Below, piece by piece: positions 1 through 8,643 of a stretch of DNA of 64,000 nucleotides (positions are counted from its first letter, which is position 1; every line of letters begins with the position of its first letter). This DNA comes from Bacillota bacterium (GTDB lineage: Bacteria; Bacillota; Clostridia; Christensenellales; CAG-138): contig JAEWUO010000036.1 in the NCBI GenBank assembly GCA_023459335.1, forward strand, positions 18,866-82,865. The letters are read 5' to 3'. Under the pieces are notes generated by a model. The model searched no databases and was not told the DNA's origin. It saw nothing but the letters and a program-made list of their open reading frames with translations. Both the position numbers and the translations under genes were made by a program.

Positions 1-2709
1 CGCGCCGCGCGCTTTTTTCGCGGCGGCGGACGCGTCCAGCGCGCGTTCGTAAACCGCGAGGTACTGCGCGCGCTTTCCGCCCATGGAGTCGAAGCAGCCC
101 GCGCTGATGAGCGCCTCCAGCATGCGTTTGTTGAGGCCGTCCACGCGGTCGCAGAAATCGAAAAAGTCTGTGAATCTTCCGTTTGCCGCGCGCTCCCGCA
201 CCATGCCTTCCATGACGGAGCTGCCAACGTTCCGCACGGCGGAGAGGCCGAAGCGGATCGCGCCTTTTTCAGGCGCGAAACGCGCGCGGGAGAAGTTCAC
301 GTCCGGCGGGAGCACTTTCACGCCGTGGTTCCGCGCGCTGTAGACGTATTTTGCGACTGTGTCGACCGATCCTAAAAAGCTGTTGATCAGCGCGGTGAGA
401 AACTCCACCGGATAGTAATATTTCAGGTAAGCCGTACGGTAGGCGAGGACGGCGTACGCCGCCGCGTGGGATTTATTGAACGCGTAGGAGGCGAAATCCA
501 TCATTTCGTCGAAGATGCGGTCGGCAACCGGTTCCGGTACGCCGTTTTTCACCGCGCCGACGACGCCGTCCGTACCGTGGATGAAATATTCCCGCTCTTT
601 GGCCATGACGTCGTGCTTCTTTTTTGACATCGCGCGGCGCACGAGGTCGCTCCTGCCGTAGGAGTAGCCCGCGAGCGCGCGGACGATCTCCATGACCTGC
701 TCCTGATAGACCATGCAGCCATAGGTGGTGCAGAGGATCGGTTCGAGCAGCGGATGCAGGTAGACGACGCTGCCGGGATTGTGTTTGCCTTTGACATAGC
801 GCGGTATCTGTTCCATAGGACCCGGACGGTAGAGGGAAATACCTGCAATGAGGTCCTCAAAGCAGTCCGGTTTCAGCTGTTGCAGAAACTGCCGCATGCC
901 GCTGGATTCGAGCTGGAACACGCCGTCGGTGTCGCCCGCAGCGATCATCTCATAAACCTTCGGGTCGGTGAACGGTACCGTATCCAGATCAGGCGCGGGA
1001 AGCCCGTCCTCCGTGATGAAGTTCAGCGTATCGCGGATGACCGTCAGCGTCCTTAGCCCGAGGAAGTCCATTTTAAGAAGGCCGAGTTCCTCCAGCGTTG
1101 TCATCGGAAACTGCGTGGTGACGACCGAATCGTTCACCTGCAGCGGCACCACGTCCGTGATCGGCACACTGGAGATTACGACGCCCGCCGCGTGGGTCGA
1201 ACTGTGCCGGGGCAGACCCTCGAGACGGAGCGAGAGGTCGATGATCTTCTTTGTCGTTTCGTCGCTCTGGTATTGCGCCTTGAGGTCGGGCGAAATCTGG
1301 AGCGCGCGCTCCAGCGTCATGTTAAGCTCGAACGGGACCATCTTGCTGAGTTTATCCACCTCGGCATAGGGAACTCGCAGCACGCGCCCGACGTCGCGGA
1401 TGACCGCGCGCGCCGCCATGGTGCCAAAGGTGATGATCTGGCTGACGTGGCCCTCGCCGTATTTCGCGGCGACATAGTCGATGACCTCCTGCCGCCGCTC
1501 GTAGCAAAAGTCGATGTCGAAGTCCGGCATGCTGATTCGCTCGGGATTGAGAAAGCGCTCAAACAGCAGGCCGTACTTGATCGGGTCGACGTCCGTGATG
1601 TCGAGGCAGAACGCCGCGAGGCTCCCCGCACCGCTGCCGCGCCCGGGGCCGACCATGATGCCGTTGACCTTGGCGTAGTGGATAAAATCCCAGACGATGA
1701 GGAAGTAGTCCACGAACCCCATCTGCTCGACGATCCCGAGTTCGTAATCCAGACGTTCGTGCGCCGCCGCGTCCGCGTCCGGCAGCTTTTTCGCCATGCC
1801 CGCGTCGCAGAGTGTTCTGAGATAACGGGCGTTATCCATGCCGTCAGGAGATTCGAACGCCGGCATGCGGCGGATGCCGAATGCGATATCGAGGTTGCAT
1901 TTATCGACGACCTCCGCGGTGTTGGCGATCGCGTCCAAATCGTCCGGCAGAGCGAGGCGCATCTCCGTCTCGCTCTTGAGATAAAACTGATCGCCCTCCA
2001 TGCGCATGCGGTCCGCTTCGTCGACGAACCGCTGCGTCTGGATGCATAAAAGCACGTCCTGCGCCTCCGCGTCGTCGGGGGAGACATAGTGCACGTCGTT
2101 GGTGACGACGGTTTTCGCGCCGATTTCGGCGGCGATTTTTCGCAGACCCGGCAGAATTTGAATCTGCTCGGGGATGTTGTGGTTCTGCAGCTCGATATAG
2201 AAATCCTCGCCGAACATGTCCTGCAGGCGTTTGGCGTGGAAGAGCGCGAGATCATAGTTGTTGGCCAGCAGCGCCTGAGGAATATCGCCCGCGAGGCAGG
2301 CGGAGAGACAGACCAACCCGTCGGCGTGCCGTTCGAGCAGATCGTAATCGATGCGCGGGCGATAATAAAACCCGTGCAGGAACGCTTCGCTGGAGAGAAC
2401 CATGAGGTTCTGATAGCCGGTTTCGTTCTTGCAAAGCAGGATCAGATGTGCGTATTCGCGGTCCTGAGAACCTTCCCGGTCCTGCATGGAACGGGGAGCG
2501 ACGTAGGTCTCAATGCCGATGACGGGCTTGATTCCTTCTTTTTTGCATGCTTTATAAAAATCCACCACGCCGTACATGACCCCGTGGTCGGTGATGGCAA
2601 GGGAAGTCTGACCTATGGACTTTGCGCGCGCGACGAGGTCGGGGATGCGCGCCGCGCCGTCGAGCAGGCTGTACTGCGTGTGGACATGCAGATGCGAAAA
2701 ATCACCCAT
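1..2709 (-). CDS. dnaE: DNA polymerase III alpha subunit DnaE, N-terminal ~903 codons (3' end runs off the window start)
   Basis: Not in the ORF track because it is open at the window edge. Hand translation of the minus strand from ATG 2709 gives MGDFSHLHVHTQYSLLDGAARIPDLVARAKSIGQTSLAITDHGVMYG (PHP domain). It runs without stops to ...GAIRFGLSAVRNVGSSV...RALDASAAAKKARGA at position 1. Confidence 0.9.
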   Translation of the reverse strand, partial: MGDFSHLHVHTQYSLLDGAARIPDLVARAKSIGQTSLAITDHGVMYGVVDFYKACKKEGIKPVIGIETYVAPRSMQDREGSQDREYAHLILLCKNETGYQNLMVLSSEAFLHGFYYRPRIDYDLLERHADGLVCLSACLAGDIPQALLANNYDLALFHAKRLQDMFGEDFYIELQNHNIPEQIQILPGLRKIAAEIGAKTVVTNDVHYVSPDDAEAQDVLLCIQTQRFVDEADRMRMEGDQFYLKSETEMRLALPDDLDAIANTAEVVDKCNLDIAFGIRRMPAFESPDGMDNARYLRTLCDAGMAKKLPDADAAAHERLDYELGIVEQMGFVDYFLIVWDFIHYAKVNGIMVGPGRGSGAGSLAAFCLDITDVDPIKYGLLFERFLNPERISMPDFDIDFCYERRQEVIDYVAAKYGEGHVSQIITFGTMAARAVIRDVGRVLRVPYAEVDKLSKMVPFELNMTLERALQISPDLKAQYQSDETTKKIIDLSLRLEGLPRHSSTHAAGVVISSVPITDVVPLQVNDSVVTTQFPMTTLEELGLLKMDFLGLRTLTVIRDTLNFITEDGLPAPDLDTVPFTDPKVYEMIAAGDTDGVFQLESSGMRQFLQQLKPDCFEDLIAGISLYRPGPMEQIPRYVKGKHNPGSVVYLHPLLEPILCTTYGCMVYQEQVMEIVRALAGYSYGRSDLVRRAMSKKKHDVMAKEREYFIHGTDGVVGAVKNGVPEPVADRIFDEMMDFASYAFNKSHAAAYAVLAYRTAYLKYYYPVEFLTALINSFLGSVDTVAKYVYSARNHGVKVLPPDVNFSRARFAPEKGAIRFGLSAVRNVGSSVMEGMVRERAANGRFTDFFDFCDRVDGLNKRMLEALISAGCFDSMGGKRAQYLAVYERALDASAAAKKARGA

Positions 2710-3625
2710 GACGGATCTCCTTTGCGATGCGGACCAGCCGCGCGAGGCGGTGGTTCATACCGCTTTTGCCGATTTCGGCGAGTTCTGCGAGCTCCAGGAG
2801 CGTTGCCTCCGGATGGTTGAGGCGGAGGATCGCCGCTTCGTAGAGCGGGGCCGGAAGGCGATTGAGCCCCATGTGTTCCTCGATCATTTCAATCGCGTTT
2901 TTCTGCTCGGCCGCCGCATAAACCGTTTTTTCGATGTTTGCGGTTTCACAGTTCGTTTTACGGTTGACATAGTTACGGAAATCCCGCTCGGCGCGCGCGC
3001 TCTCAAACTTGAGCGCGGAGCCGCTCGCTCCGACGAGCGCGAGAAACGCGGACACGTCGTCCCCCTTGAGATAGACGACGGGTTTGTCCCGCCGCCGCAT
3101 CGTCTTTGCCTCCGGGCCGAAGGATGCGAGCGCAGCGCGAAGCTGCTCCGCAAACGCGTCCGACCGCGCGACGATCTCAAGATGGTAACCGCGATACGGA
3201 TTCGTACAAGAACCGCTGCCCAAGAAAGCGCCGCGCAGAAACGCACGCAGGCATTCTTCATCCGCGAGCAGACGCGGCGGAACGACTTCGCCGAGACGAT
3301 ACTCGCCCGCTTCCGATAACAAAAGGCCTGTGTCGGAAAGAAGCTTTTCCGCTTCGTCGCCCAGCAGCGTAACGATTGTCAGCGGCCTGCGCCGCTCGCG
3401 CTCGCTGAGCTCGACGGTCGATTCGAGCGCGTACATCGAATCTGCGAGGGAAACGATCAGCCGGCCTACGGCGAGCGATTCGGTGGTAAAGACCGCGCCG
3501 CGCCCTCGGCCGATGGTCAGCGCGCCGCAGGTATGCATGAGCCCCGCCAGTTCGGCAAGCCGGCAGAGATTCGATTTTAATCGGATCTTGACGATGTCTT
3601 CCTTTGCGCTGCTCGAAAACGACAT
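2702..3625 (-). CDS. whiA: DNA-binding protein WhiA
   Basis: 321-aa ORF. Likely start is MSFSSSAKEDI (ATG 3625, AGGGAG 5 nt upstream). C-terminal HTH-like LELAELAEIGKSGMNHRLARL. The stop overlaps the dnaE start by 8 nt. Confidence 0.85.
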   Translation of the reverse strand: MSFSSSAKEDIVKIRLKSNLCRLAELAGLMHTCGALTIGRGRGAVFTTESLAVGRLIVSLADSMYALESTVELSERERRRPLTIVTLLGDEAEKLLSDTGLLLSEAGEYRLGEVVPPRLLADEECLRAFLRGAFLGSGSCTNPYRGYHLEIVARSDAFAEQLRAALASFGPEAKTMRRRDKPVVYLKGDDVSAFLALVGASGSALKFESARAERDFRNYVNRKTNCETANIEKTVYAAAEQKNAIEMIEEHMGLNRLPAPLYEAAILRLNHPEATLLELAELAEIGKSGMNHRLARLVRIAKEIRHG

Positions 3626-3640
3626 GTCGGCTCCCTGCTG

Positions 3641-3668
3641 AAAAAATCTGTGTGCGGATGACCGCACA
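3641..3668 (-). terminator. Terminator/attenuator-like hairpin just upstream of the whiA RBS
   Basis: Minus strand reads TGTGCGG-TCAT-CCGCACA, then CAGATTTTTT, then CAGC-AGGGAG-CCGAC-ATG. Confidence 0.4.
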
Positions 3669-3736
3669 TCATTTTTATTATAATGGATTTTTAACCGCCC
3701 GTCTCACACAAATGCAAATTCTCTGTCACACGCTGG

Positions 3737-3762
3737 AAAATAAAAAACGCCGAAAGGCGTTT
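3737..3762 (-). terminator. Rho-independent terminator after rapZ
   Basis: Minus strand reads AAACGCC-TTTC-GGCGTTT followed by TTTTTTATTTT, about 20 nt after the rapZ stop. Confidence 0.6.
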
Positions 3763-3781
3763 GTGAAGGATCAAAATGGGC

Positions 3782-4669
3782 TCAGCCTTTTTCAAACCGG
3801 TCCCTGATATCCACGGCTTCGCTGCCCAGGTCGCGGTGGAATACGCGTACGGTCAGCCCGCGGCGGACAAAGCGCTTCGCGAGCTCCTCCGCGGCGGCGA
3901 CGGAGCGGTGCCGCCCGCCCGTGCAGCCGAAACAGACGCGCAGGATGTGCTTATCCTGCTCCAGATACAGCGGGATCAGCGAATCCAGCATCTGTTCGAT
4001 GCCGTCGAAGAATTCCATTACAAGCGGCTGCGCATAGACAAATTCCTGCACCGGCGCGTCGAGGCCGGAGAGCGGCCGCAGCTCCGGAATGTAAAACGGA
4101 TTCGGCATGAAGCGCATATCGAGCACAAAATCCGCGTCTACGGGGACGCCGCGTTTATAACCGAAGCTGCAGAAGAGCAAAGTGAGACTTTTGCTTTCAT
4201 ATTCCGGCAGGACTTTGGCGATCAGGCTGGGGAAATCCTTTGGCTTGACGTCGCTTGTGTCGAGAATATAGTTCGCGCGGTCGCGCAGCGGCTGCAGAAA
4301 CACGCGCTCGTGCTTGACGCCCGTCGACGCGTCTCCCGCTTCGCCGAGCGGATGGCGGCGTCGTACTTCGTTATACCGCTTCATGAGCACGTCGTCCCGC
4401 GCGTCGAGAAAGAGCATTTCATAAGGCGCGTCGAGCGTATCGAATACGGCGGCCATGGAGGCGGAGGAGTGCGAAAGCAGGCTCTCTCGGCTGTCGATCG
4501 TGACCGCGGCTTTCTGGATCGCGGGCGTCGCGCCGTTGCAAAGCGCGATGAATTCCTTGAGCATGGAGGACGGCAGGTTATCGACGCAAAAATAGCCCTG
4601 CTCTTCCAGACAGCGCAGGGCGAGGGACTTTCCCGCGCCGGAAAGACCTGTGACGATCAGAAGATACAT
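3782..4669 (-). CDS. rapZ: RNase adapter protein RapZ (YvcJ-type P-loop NTPase)
   Basis: MYLLIVTGLSGAGKS Walker A at the N-terminus. FGCTGGRHRSVA motif near the C-terminus. 295 aa. Confidence 0.9.
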   Translation of the reverse strand: MYLLIVTGLSGAGKSLALRCLEEQGYFCVDNLPSSMLKEFIALCNGATPAIQKAAVTIDSRESLLSHSSASMAAVFDTLDAPYEMLFLDARDDVLMKRYNEVRRRHPLGEAGDASTGVKHERVFLQPLRDRANYILDTSDVKPKDFPSLIAKVLPEYESKSLTLLFCSFGYKRGVPVDADFVLDMRFMPNPFYIPELRPLSGLDAPVQEFVYAQPLVMEFFDGIEQMLDSLIPLYLEQDKHILRVCFGCTGGRHRSVAAAEELAKRFVRRGLTVRVFHRDLGSEAVDIRDRFEKG

Positions 4670-4705
4670 GGTTCAACCACCTCTGTTGCGTCGAAATGAT
4701 TCGTC

Positions 4706-5608
4706 TTACAGTTCGCGCAGGAGCTTGACTTCCCGTTCGAGTTGGATGCCGGTTTCAGCGTATACGCGCTGCTGGACGATGGAGATGAGCTCCAGCACGT
4801 CCCGCTCGGTCGCGTTGCCGTTGTTGACGATGAACCCAGCGTGCAGCGGACTGACCTGCGCCCCGCCGACGGAGAAACCCTTGAGTCCGCAGTTTTCAAT
4901 CAGCGAACCCGCGAACCGCCCCTTCGGGCGCTTGAACACGCTGCCCGCGCTGGGCAGATTCAGCGGCTGCTTTTCCTTGCGCTGGCGCGTGGTTTCGAGC
5001 ATGCGCTCCTTCGCGCCGCCGTCGTCGTGCTCCAGCTGAAACGTCGCGGAGAGTACGATCACGTCCGGCGCGGAGAACTTGCTCGTCCGGTCGCCGAAGT
5101 CGGATTTATTCGCCGCGACGTCCAGTACGCGGCCGTTTTTCATGATGCGCAGGCTCTTGATGATGTGCCGAATCTCCGAGCCGTAAGCGCCCGCGTTCAT
5201 CGCGACCGCGCCGCCGACCGTGCCGGGGATGCCGCTGAGGGACTCCAGACCCATCAGGTGCATGCCGACGCTCTCGCGCGCGAGCACGGAAAGCGCGGTG
5301 CCGGCGGGGCAGGTGACGGTGGTGTCCACGAAGAGGGGCGTGGTGAGCGGCGTGTCGATGCGGATGACGACGCCGGGGTATCCCGCGTCCGGCGCGAGCA
5401 CGTTGGTGCCGTTGCCGAGGATGCAGTAAGGGCAGACGAACTGGCTGCAGGCCTGAATCGTCTTTCGGATATCTTCGGTATTTCGCGGGCGCATCACCAT
5501 CGCCGCCGGGCCTCCGATGCGGAAGCTCGTCAGCGTGGAGAGCGGCACGTTGTACTTGATATCGAGTCCCTTGAGGGCAAGGAAGACGCGGTTGAGCGAA
5601 TTTTCCAT
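4706..5608 (-). CDS. murB: UDP-N-acetylenolpyruvoylglucosamine reductase
   Basis: 300 aa with TSFRIGGPA (FAD binding), GSVFKRP and GGAQVSPLHAGFIVN, all typical MurB motifs. Confidence 0.9.
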   Translation of the reverse strand: MENSLNRVFLALKGLDIKYNVPLSTLTSFRIGGPAAMVMRPRNTEDIRKTIQACSQFVCPYCILGNGTNVLAPDAGYPGVVIRIDTPLTTPLFVDTTVTCPAGTALSVLARESVGMHLMGLESLSGIPGTVGGAVAMNAGAYGSEIRHIIKSLRIMKNGRVLDVAANKSDFGDRTSKFSAPDVIVLSATFQLEHDDGGAKERMLETTRQRKEKQPLNLPSAGSVFKRPKGRFAGSLIENCGLKGFSVGGAQVSPLHAGFIVNNGNATERDVLELISIVQQRVYAETGIQLEREVKLLREL

Positions 5609-5796
5609 GCTGTTATCATAACAAACTGTTCACAATTAGACAACCGTTAATGCATGAAATTTTGCATAAAGAGATTAGAATTTATATTCCGCGCAGCCGA
5701 ATCCGACCCGAAATGCGACACGATACGACCGTAAAAACGGTTCACAAACGATAGGTTTCCACGCTATACTTGTATAAAGCAAACAGGAGTTGACAG

Positions 5797-6417
5797 ATGG
5801 ATCGAAGCAAGCTGGCGAAGTATATACTGTTGTTTCTCGCGCTGCCGTTTGCGGCGTATATGCTGATCAACTGCATCGCGGGTTATATTCCGCCGACCGA
5901 ATCCTACAAGAAAACGCCCGATCAGTTTGAAGAGGCGTTTAACGCGCAAATGGCGCAGTACGGCATGTCGATCGACGTCGATAGCGGGGAGTTTTCAAAA
6001 GACGAGGATCGATTAAAAAAAATCGTACAAGTTGTTTGCGAAGACAGGAGCAAGATAACCTGCACCTATTTTCCAACCATAGAAAGTAGAAAAGCGTTGC
6101 TCCACTATATCGTCTTTGAACAAGAACTAACCGGAGAAAAACAGGAGAAGATCTACCTTGAACCGCTGTTGAGCTTCCTTATGGATGAATTTGAAACTGG
6201 CATGACGAAAAACAAAGATGAATCGTTTGAACCCATAACAAGCGTTTCTTACAACGAAGCTTTGCGGTTATGCAGAGAGTTCGTCGAAGGAGAAGATAAA
6301 AAGATGAAGTTCTGGATTGCTTGTGCAGAGCTCGATGAAACTTCGGTCGTTCTAACTAGAAAGACTGACGAAGCCACAAGTCTCTCCGTCAGCCTTTTCC
6401 TGTGGTATGGTGAATAA
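5797..6417 (+). CDS. Hypothetical membrane-anchored protein (no recognisable family)
   Basis: AGGAG 8 nt upstream of the ATG. N-terminal hydrophobic helix KYILLFLALPFAAYMLINCIAG. Lies in the AT-rich island. Confidence 0.55.
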   Translation: MDRSKLAKYILLFLALPFAAYMLINCIAGYIPPTESYKKTPDQFEEAFNAQMAQYGMSIDVDSGEFSKDEDRLKKIVQVVCEDRSKITCTYFPTIESRKALLHYIVFEQELTGEKQEKIYLEPLLSFLMDEFETGMTKNKDESFEPITSVSYNEALRLCREFVEGEDKKMKFWIACAELDETSVVLTRKTDEATSLSVSLFLWYGE

Positions 6418-6459
6418 AGTAGAAATATTCAAATACTCTTTTGTTGCGTTTTAAATGTT

Positions 6460-6810
6460 TTAAATACGAGGAGCAAATCCTTCAACTTGCTTTATCGGTG
6501 AAAAGCGAATTATTTGTAAATCTGTAACTGAAGAGTTCTGTGTGTGTGAAACAATTTTTAATGTTATTGTTTCTGTTGTTAATCGTGCAATTTTATTTTG
6601 CGGATCGATCTGATCAAGGAATTCATTAAACTTTGGAATATCTGAAGGCGCTAAATTTTGCGGTAAGAGCGGAGGCATACCGAAATAAAGTCCCATATTA
6701 TATGCAATATAAATTATATTTGCTAGTTTTGTTGCAAAAAGAACTGCTTGTTGACCTTGGATATCCCAATCAGATGCGCTACTTATTTCAATCGCAACTT
6801 CATCTGGCAA
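6460..6810 (-). CDS. Hypothetical ORF, probably the C-terminal part of a longer interrupted ORF (sense codons continue up to 6969)
   Basis: The ORF-track start is a TTG with no SD. The 53 codons between the upstream TGA (6970-6972) and this TTG are stop-free and protein-like (TVSPIRPYVWNGLDIVEEKGIYISGYFYKNGSYYTEISCNE...). Confidence 0.35.
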   Translation of the reverse strand: MPDEVAIEISSASDWDIQGQQAVLFATKLANIIYIAYNMGLYFGMPPLLPQNLAPSDIPKFNEFLDQIDPQNKIARLTTETITLKIVSHTQNSSVTDLQIIRFSPIKQVEGFAPRI

Positions 6811-6969
6811 CTTATTACCAAGGTTGATATTATATGGTTGCTCACTTTCATTACATGAGATTTCCGTGTAGTAACTGCCATTTTTATAGAAATAGCCACT
6901 GATATATATTCCCTTCTCTTCGACTATATCTAACCCGTTCCAGACATACGGGCGTATCGGTGAAACTGT

Positions 6970-7719
6970 TCAGTCAACAGCGATATTCATTGCTGATTGT
7001 TTATCAGAAAGGATATTACGCATTAGTTTCTCGAAATTCCCGGTTCTGGATAGTTTTCTCACGCCCTGCACGTCCATCTGTTCAGCCAGTACTTCCAGCT
7101 GAGACAAAGATAATTCGTTAATCAGCGACTTGAACCGCGAATCAGGAAATTGTTGCAATCTAGCGTCATCTACAATCTCCGCAAGGCGGCGGCGGTAGAG
7201 CGTATCATTTTTATCGTATTCGGATGTAAGGTAATCAAGATATCGCTTTTTTTCAGATGTGTTACTAAAGACGATCTTACCATCTTCGACATCGCTGATC
7301 AACGATTCCAATTTACCCATATCGGAGAAGAAAGAATCGCCTATATGCAGCAGATCATCGCTATCATGAAGGATACTGGAAATAGAAGAATCGCCATTCA
7401 CCAAATCGATGATCTGATCGCGAACATCACCAACGTCATTCGCGTCCCCTTGATCAACGCTCACGTCATATCCGATAGATGTCAGCAAACCGGTTTCCTT
7501 TTCATCCAGCATTGTTAAGAATGTTTTGTTTGCAATTGCGTTTTCAGAAAATGGCATTGCATGATTCTTCGCGCCGATTCGAGCGTTCGAAATCTGCAAC
7601 AGTTGGTTTGCAGTATCTTTAACTTCTGAAACGGATAACCCATATGCCACCCTATTCTGCTGAATATCCTGAATTACGGCAAGAGTTTCCAGCGAGGTCT
7701 TCGAATTGAGCAGCTGCAT
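6970..7719 (-). CDS. Hypothetical protein, no recognisable family
   Basis: 249-aa ORF in the AT-rich island. AGGAG lies only 3 nt before the ATG. The same frame stays open for 92 codons upstream (to 7995) with no ATG, GTG or TTG. Confidence 0.5.
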   Translation of the reverse strand: MQLLNSKTSLETLAVIQDIQQNRVAYGLSVSEVKDTANQLLQISNARIGAKNHAMPFSENAIANKTFLTMLDEKETGLLTSIGYDVSVDQGDANDVGDVRDQIIDLVNGDSSISSILHDSDDLLHIGDSFFSDMGKLESLISDVEDGKIVFSNTSEKKRYLDYLTSEYDKNDTLYRRRLAEIVDDARLQQFPDSRFKSLINELSLSQLEVLAEQMDVQGVRKLSRTGNFEKLMRNILSDKQSAMNIAVD

Positions 7720-7733
7720 CTGCTCCTGACCGG

Positions 7734-7940
7734 TCAGGCCGCTGTTTCGTAATTGCCGTTCCTGCTGAATGGCGGGTTTATCGTCCCAACCGGAAAGATC
7801 AAAACCATCCGGGAGTTTATCAACGAGAGCGGCGACAAAAGTTTTGCTCCTGAGGATGGCAGGATGGCAGGGACTTTCTTCTCTGCTGCAAGCTGGTTGG
7901 ATGAACCGATTGGGATTCGAGGCGTCTTCATTTTTAACAT
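7734..7940 (-). CDS. Small 68-codon ORF with the only strong SD in this stretch (doubtful as a stand-alone gene)
   Basis: AAGGAGAG (7955..7948), a 7-nt spacer, then ATG 7940. Product is MLKMKTPRIPIGSS.... It is in the +1 position relative to the long frame, so the long frame is -1 to it. Confidence 0.2.
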   Translation of the reverse strand: MLKMKTPRIPIGSSNQLAAEKKVPAILPSSGAKLLSPLSLINSRMVLIFPVGTINPPFSRNGNYETAA

Positions 7941-8008
7941 AAAAAATCTCTCCTTCGTTTTTCTGAATCGTAAACGAAGAAGAGCTCCGATAATTCTAAT
8001 CATTGTTT

Positions 8009-8494
8009 TTATCGGAATAAAACCGCCCGGTATTCCCTTGCCAGATCTTCCAATCGCATGCGCGCGTTCGCCGCGCTGGGCGAGGGGAGGAGTTCGCAGG
8101 GGATGTTCGTTTGCGGGGAAACGAGTTTCGTATACAGCCGCGCCGAAGCCGCACCCGTGCAGAGAACGCGGTTTATTCTCGATTGCGCGATGAGCGCGGG
8201 GATGTCGTTCGGGATTGCGTTTCTGATGCTGGCGTCGCTTGCGCCGGCGATCTCGCAGCTTTGCAGCACGTCCCACAGCGCAAGGCGGTGATCCAGAATC
8301 AGAGCAGCTTTCTCCTCGCGCGTTGCAGGAAATTCGGCATCCAGCGCGAGCGCGAGCGCTGGCCAGAAACGGTTCTGCGGGTGCGCGTAATAAAACGCCG
8401 CCTCGCGGGATTTCGGCGAGGGCATGGTGCCGAGGATTAATATTTCGCTCTCCGGCGAAACGATCGGCGGTATCGTATGAACGACGCGTTCCAT
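8009..8494 (-). CDS. Uracil-DNA glycosylase superfamily protein (DNA-deoxyinosine glycosylase-like)
   Basis: 161 aa. ILILGTMPSPKSREAAFYYAHPQNRFW and LPSPSAAN motifs resemble the small UDG-family enzymes. Confidence 0.75.
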   Translation of the reverse strand: MERVVHTIPPIVSPESEILILGTMPSPKSREAAFYYAHPQNRFWPALALALDAEFPATREEKAALILDHRLALWDVLQSCEIAGASDASIRNAIPNDIPALIAQSRINRVLCTGAASARLYTKLVSPQTNIPCELLPSPSAANARMRLEDLAREYRAVLFR

Positions 8495-8608
8495 ACAAAG
8501 AGACTATCCGATTTTGCGCGACATTTCAACCGGAGAACCGGAATACGGTGTAAAACGGTTAAAACGGGCGCGTGAACCGTCTGTGCCGCGCGTAAACAAC
8601 GCGGGCGG

Positions 8609-8637
8609 TTGATATTGACTTCGGGTTCTGCTAAGAT
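8609..8637 (+). promoter_or_regulatory. Sigma-A-like promoter TTGATA-17-TAAGAT; the -10 ends 6 nt before the ABC-exporter ATG
   Basis: TTGATA at 8609-8614, TAAGAT at 8632-8637, ATG at 8644. No SD between them. Confidence 0.4.
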
Positions 8638-8643
8638 GTTTGC

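Larger units (their letters stand above)
6460..7995 (-). pseudogene. Envelope of one continuous reading frame (~511 codons) broken by a single in-frame TGA and lacking a start at its 5' end; possible decayed or recoded gene
   Basis: Hand check of frames: TAG at 7998..7996, then 92 sense codons, ATG 7719, 249 codons, TGA 6972..6970, then 169 sense codons to the stop at 6460. All are in one frame. Confidence 0.4.

Noticed and set aside
1192-2255. 285-aa (+) and 312-aa (-) ORFs listed in the track within the first 2.7 kb.
   Set aside because: Both are off-frame or antisense to the hand-translated dnaE reading frame, which is continuous from 2709 to 1 and carries PHP-domain motifs.
6970-6972. 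The in-frame TGA as a selenocysteine codon.
   Set aside because: I see only a tiny ATAC-GCCC-GTAT stem downstream, nothing like a bacterial SECIS hairpin. There are no selenoprotein-like redox motifs around the site. A nonsense lesion is more parsimonious.
7753-8193. 146-aa plus-strand ORF bridging the island edge and the UDG gene.
   Set aside because: It has a TTG start without an SD, overlaps the well-supported UDG-family gene on the opposite strand, and its product is low-complexity in its second half.
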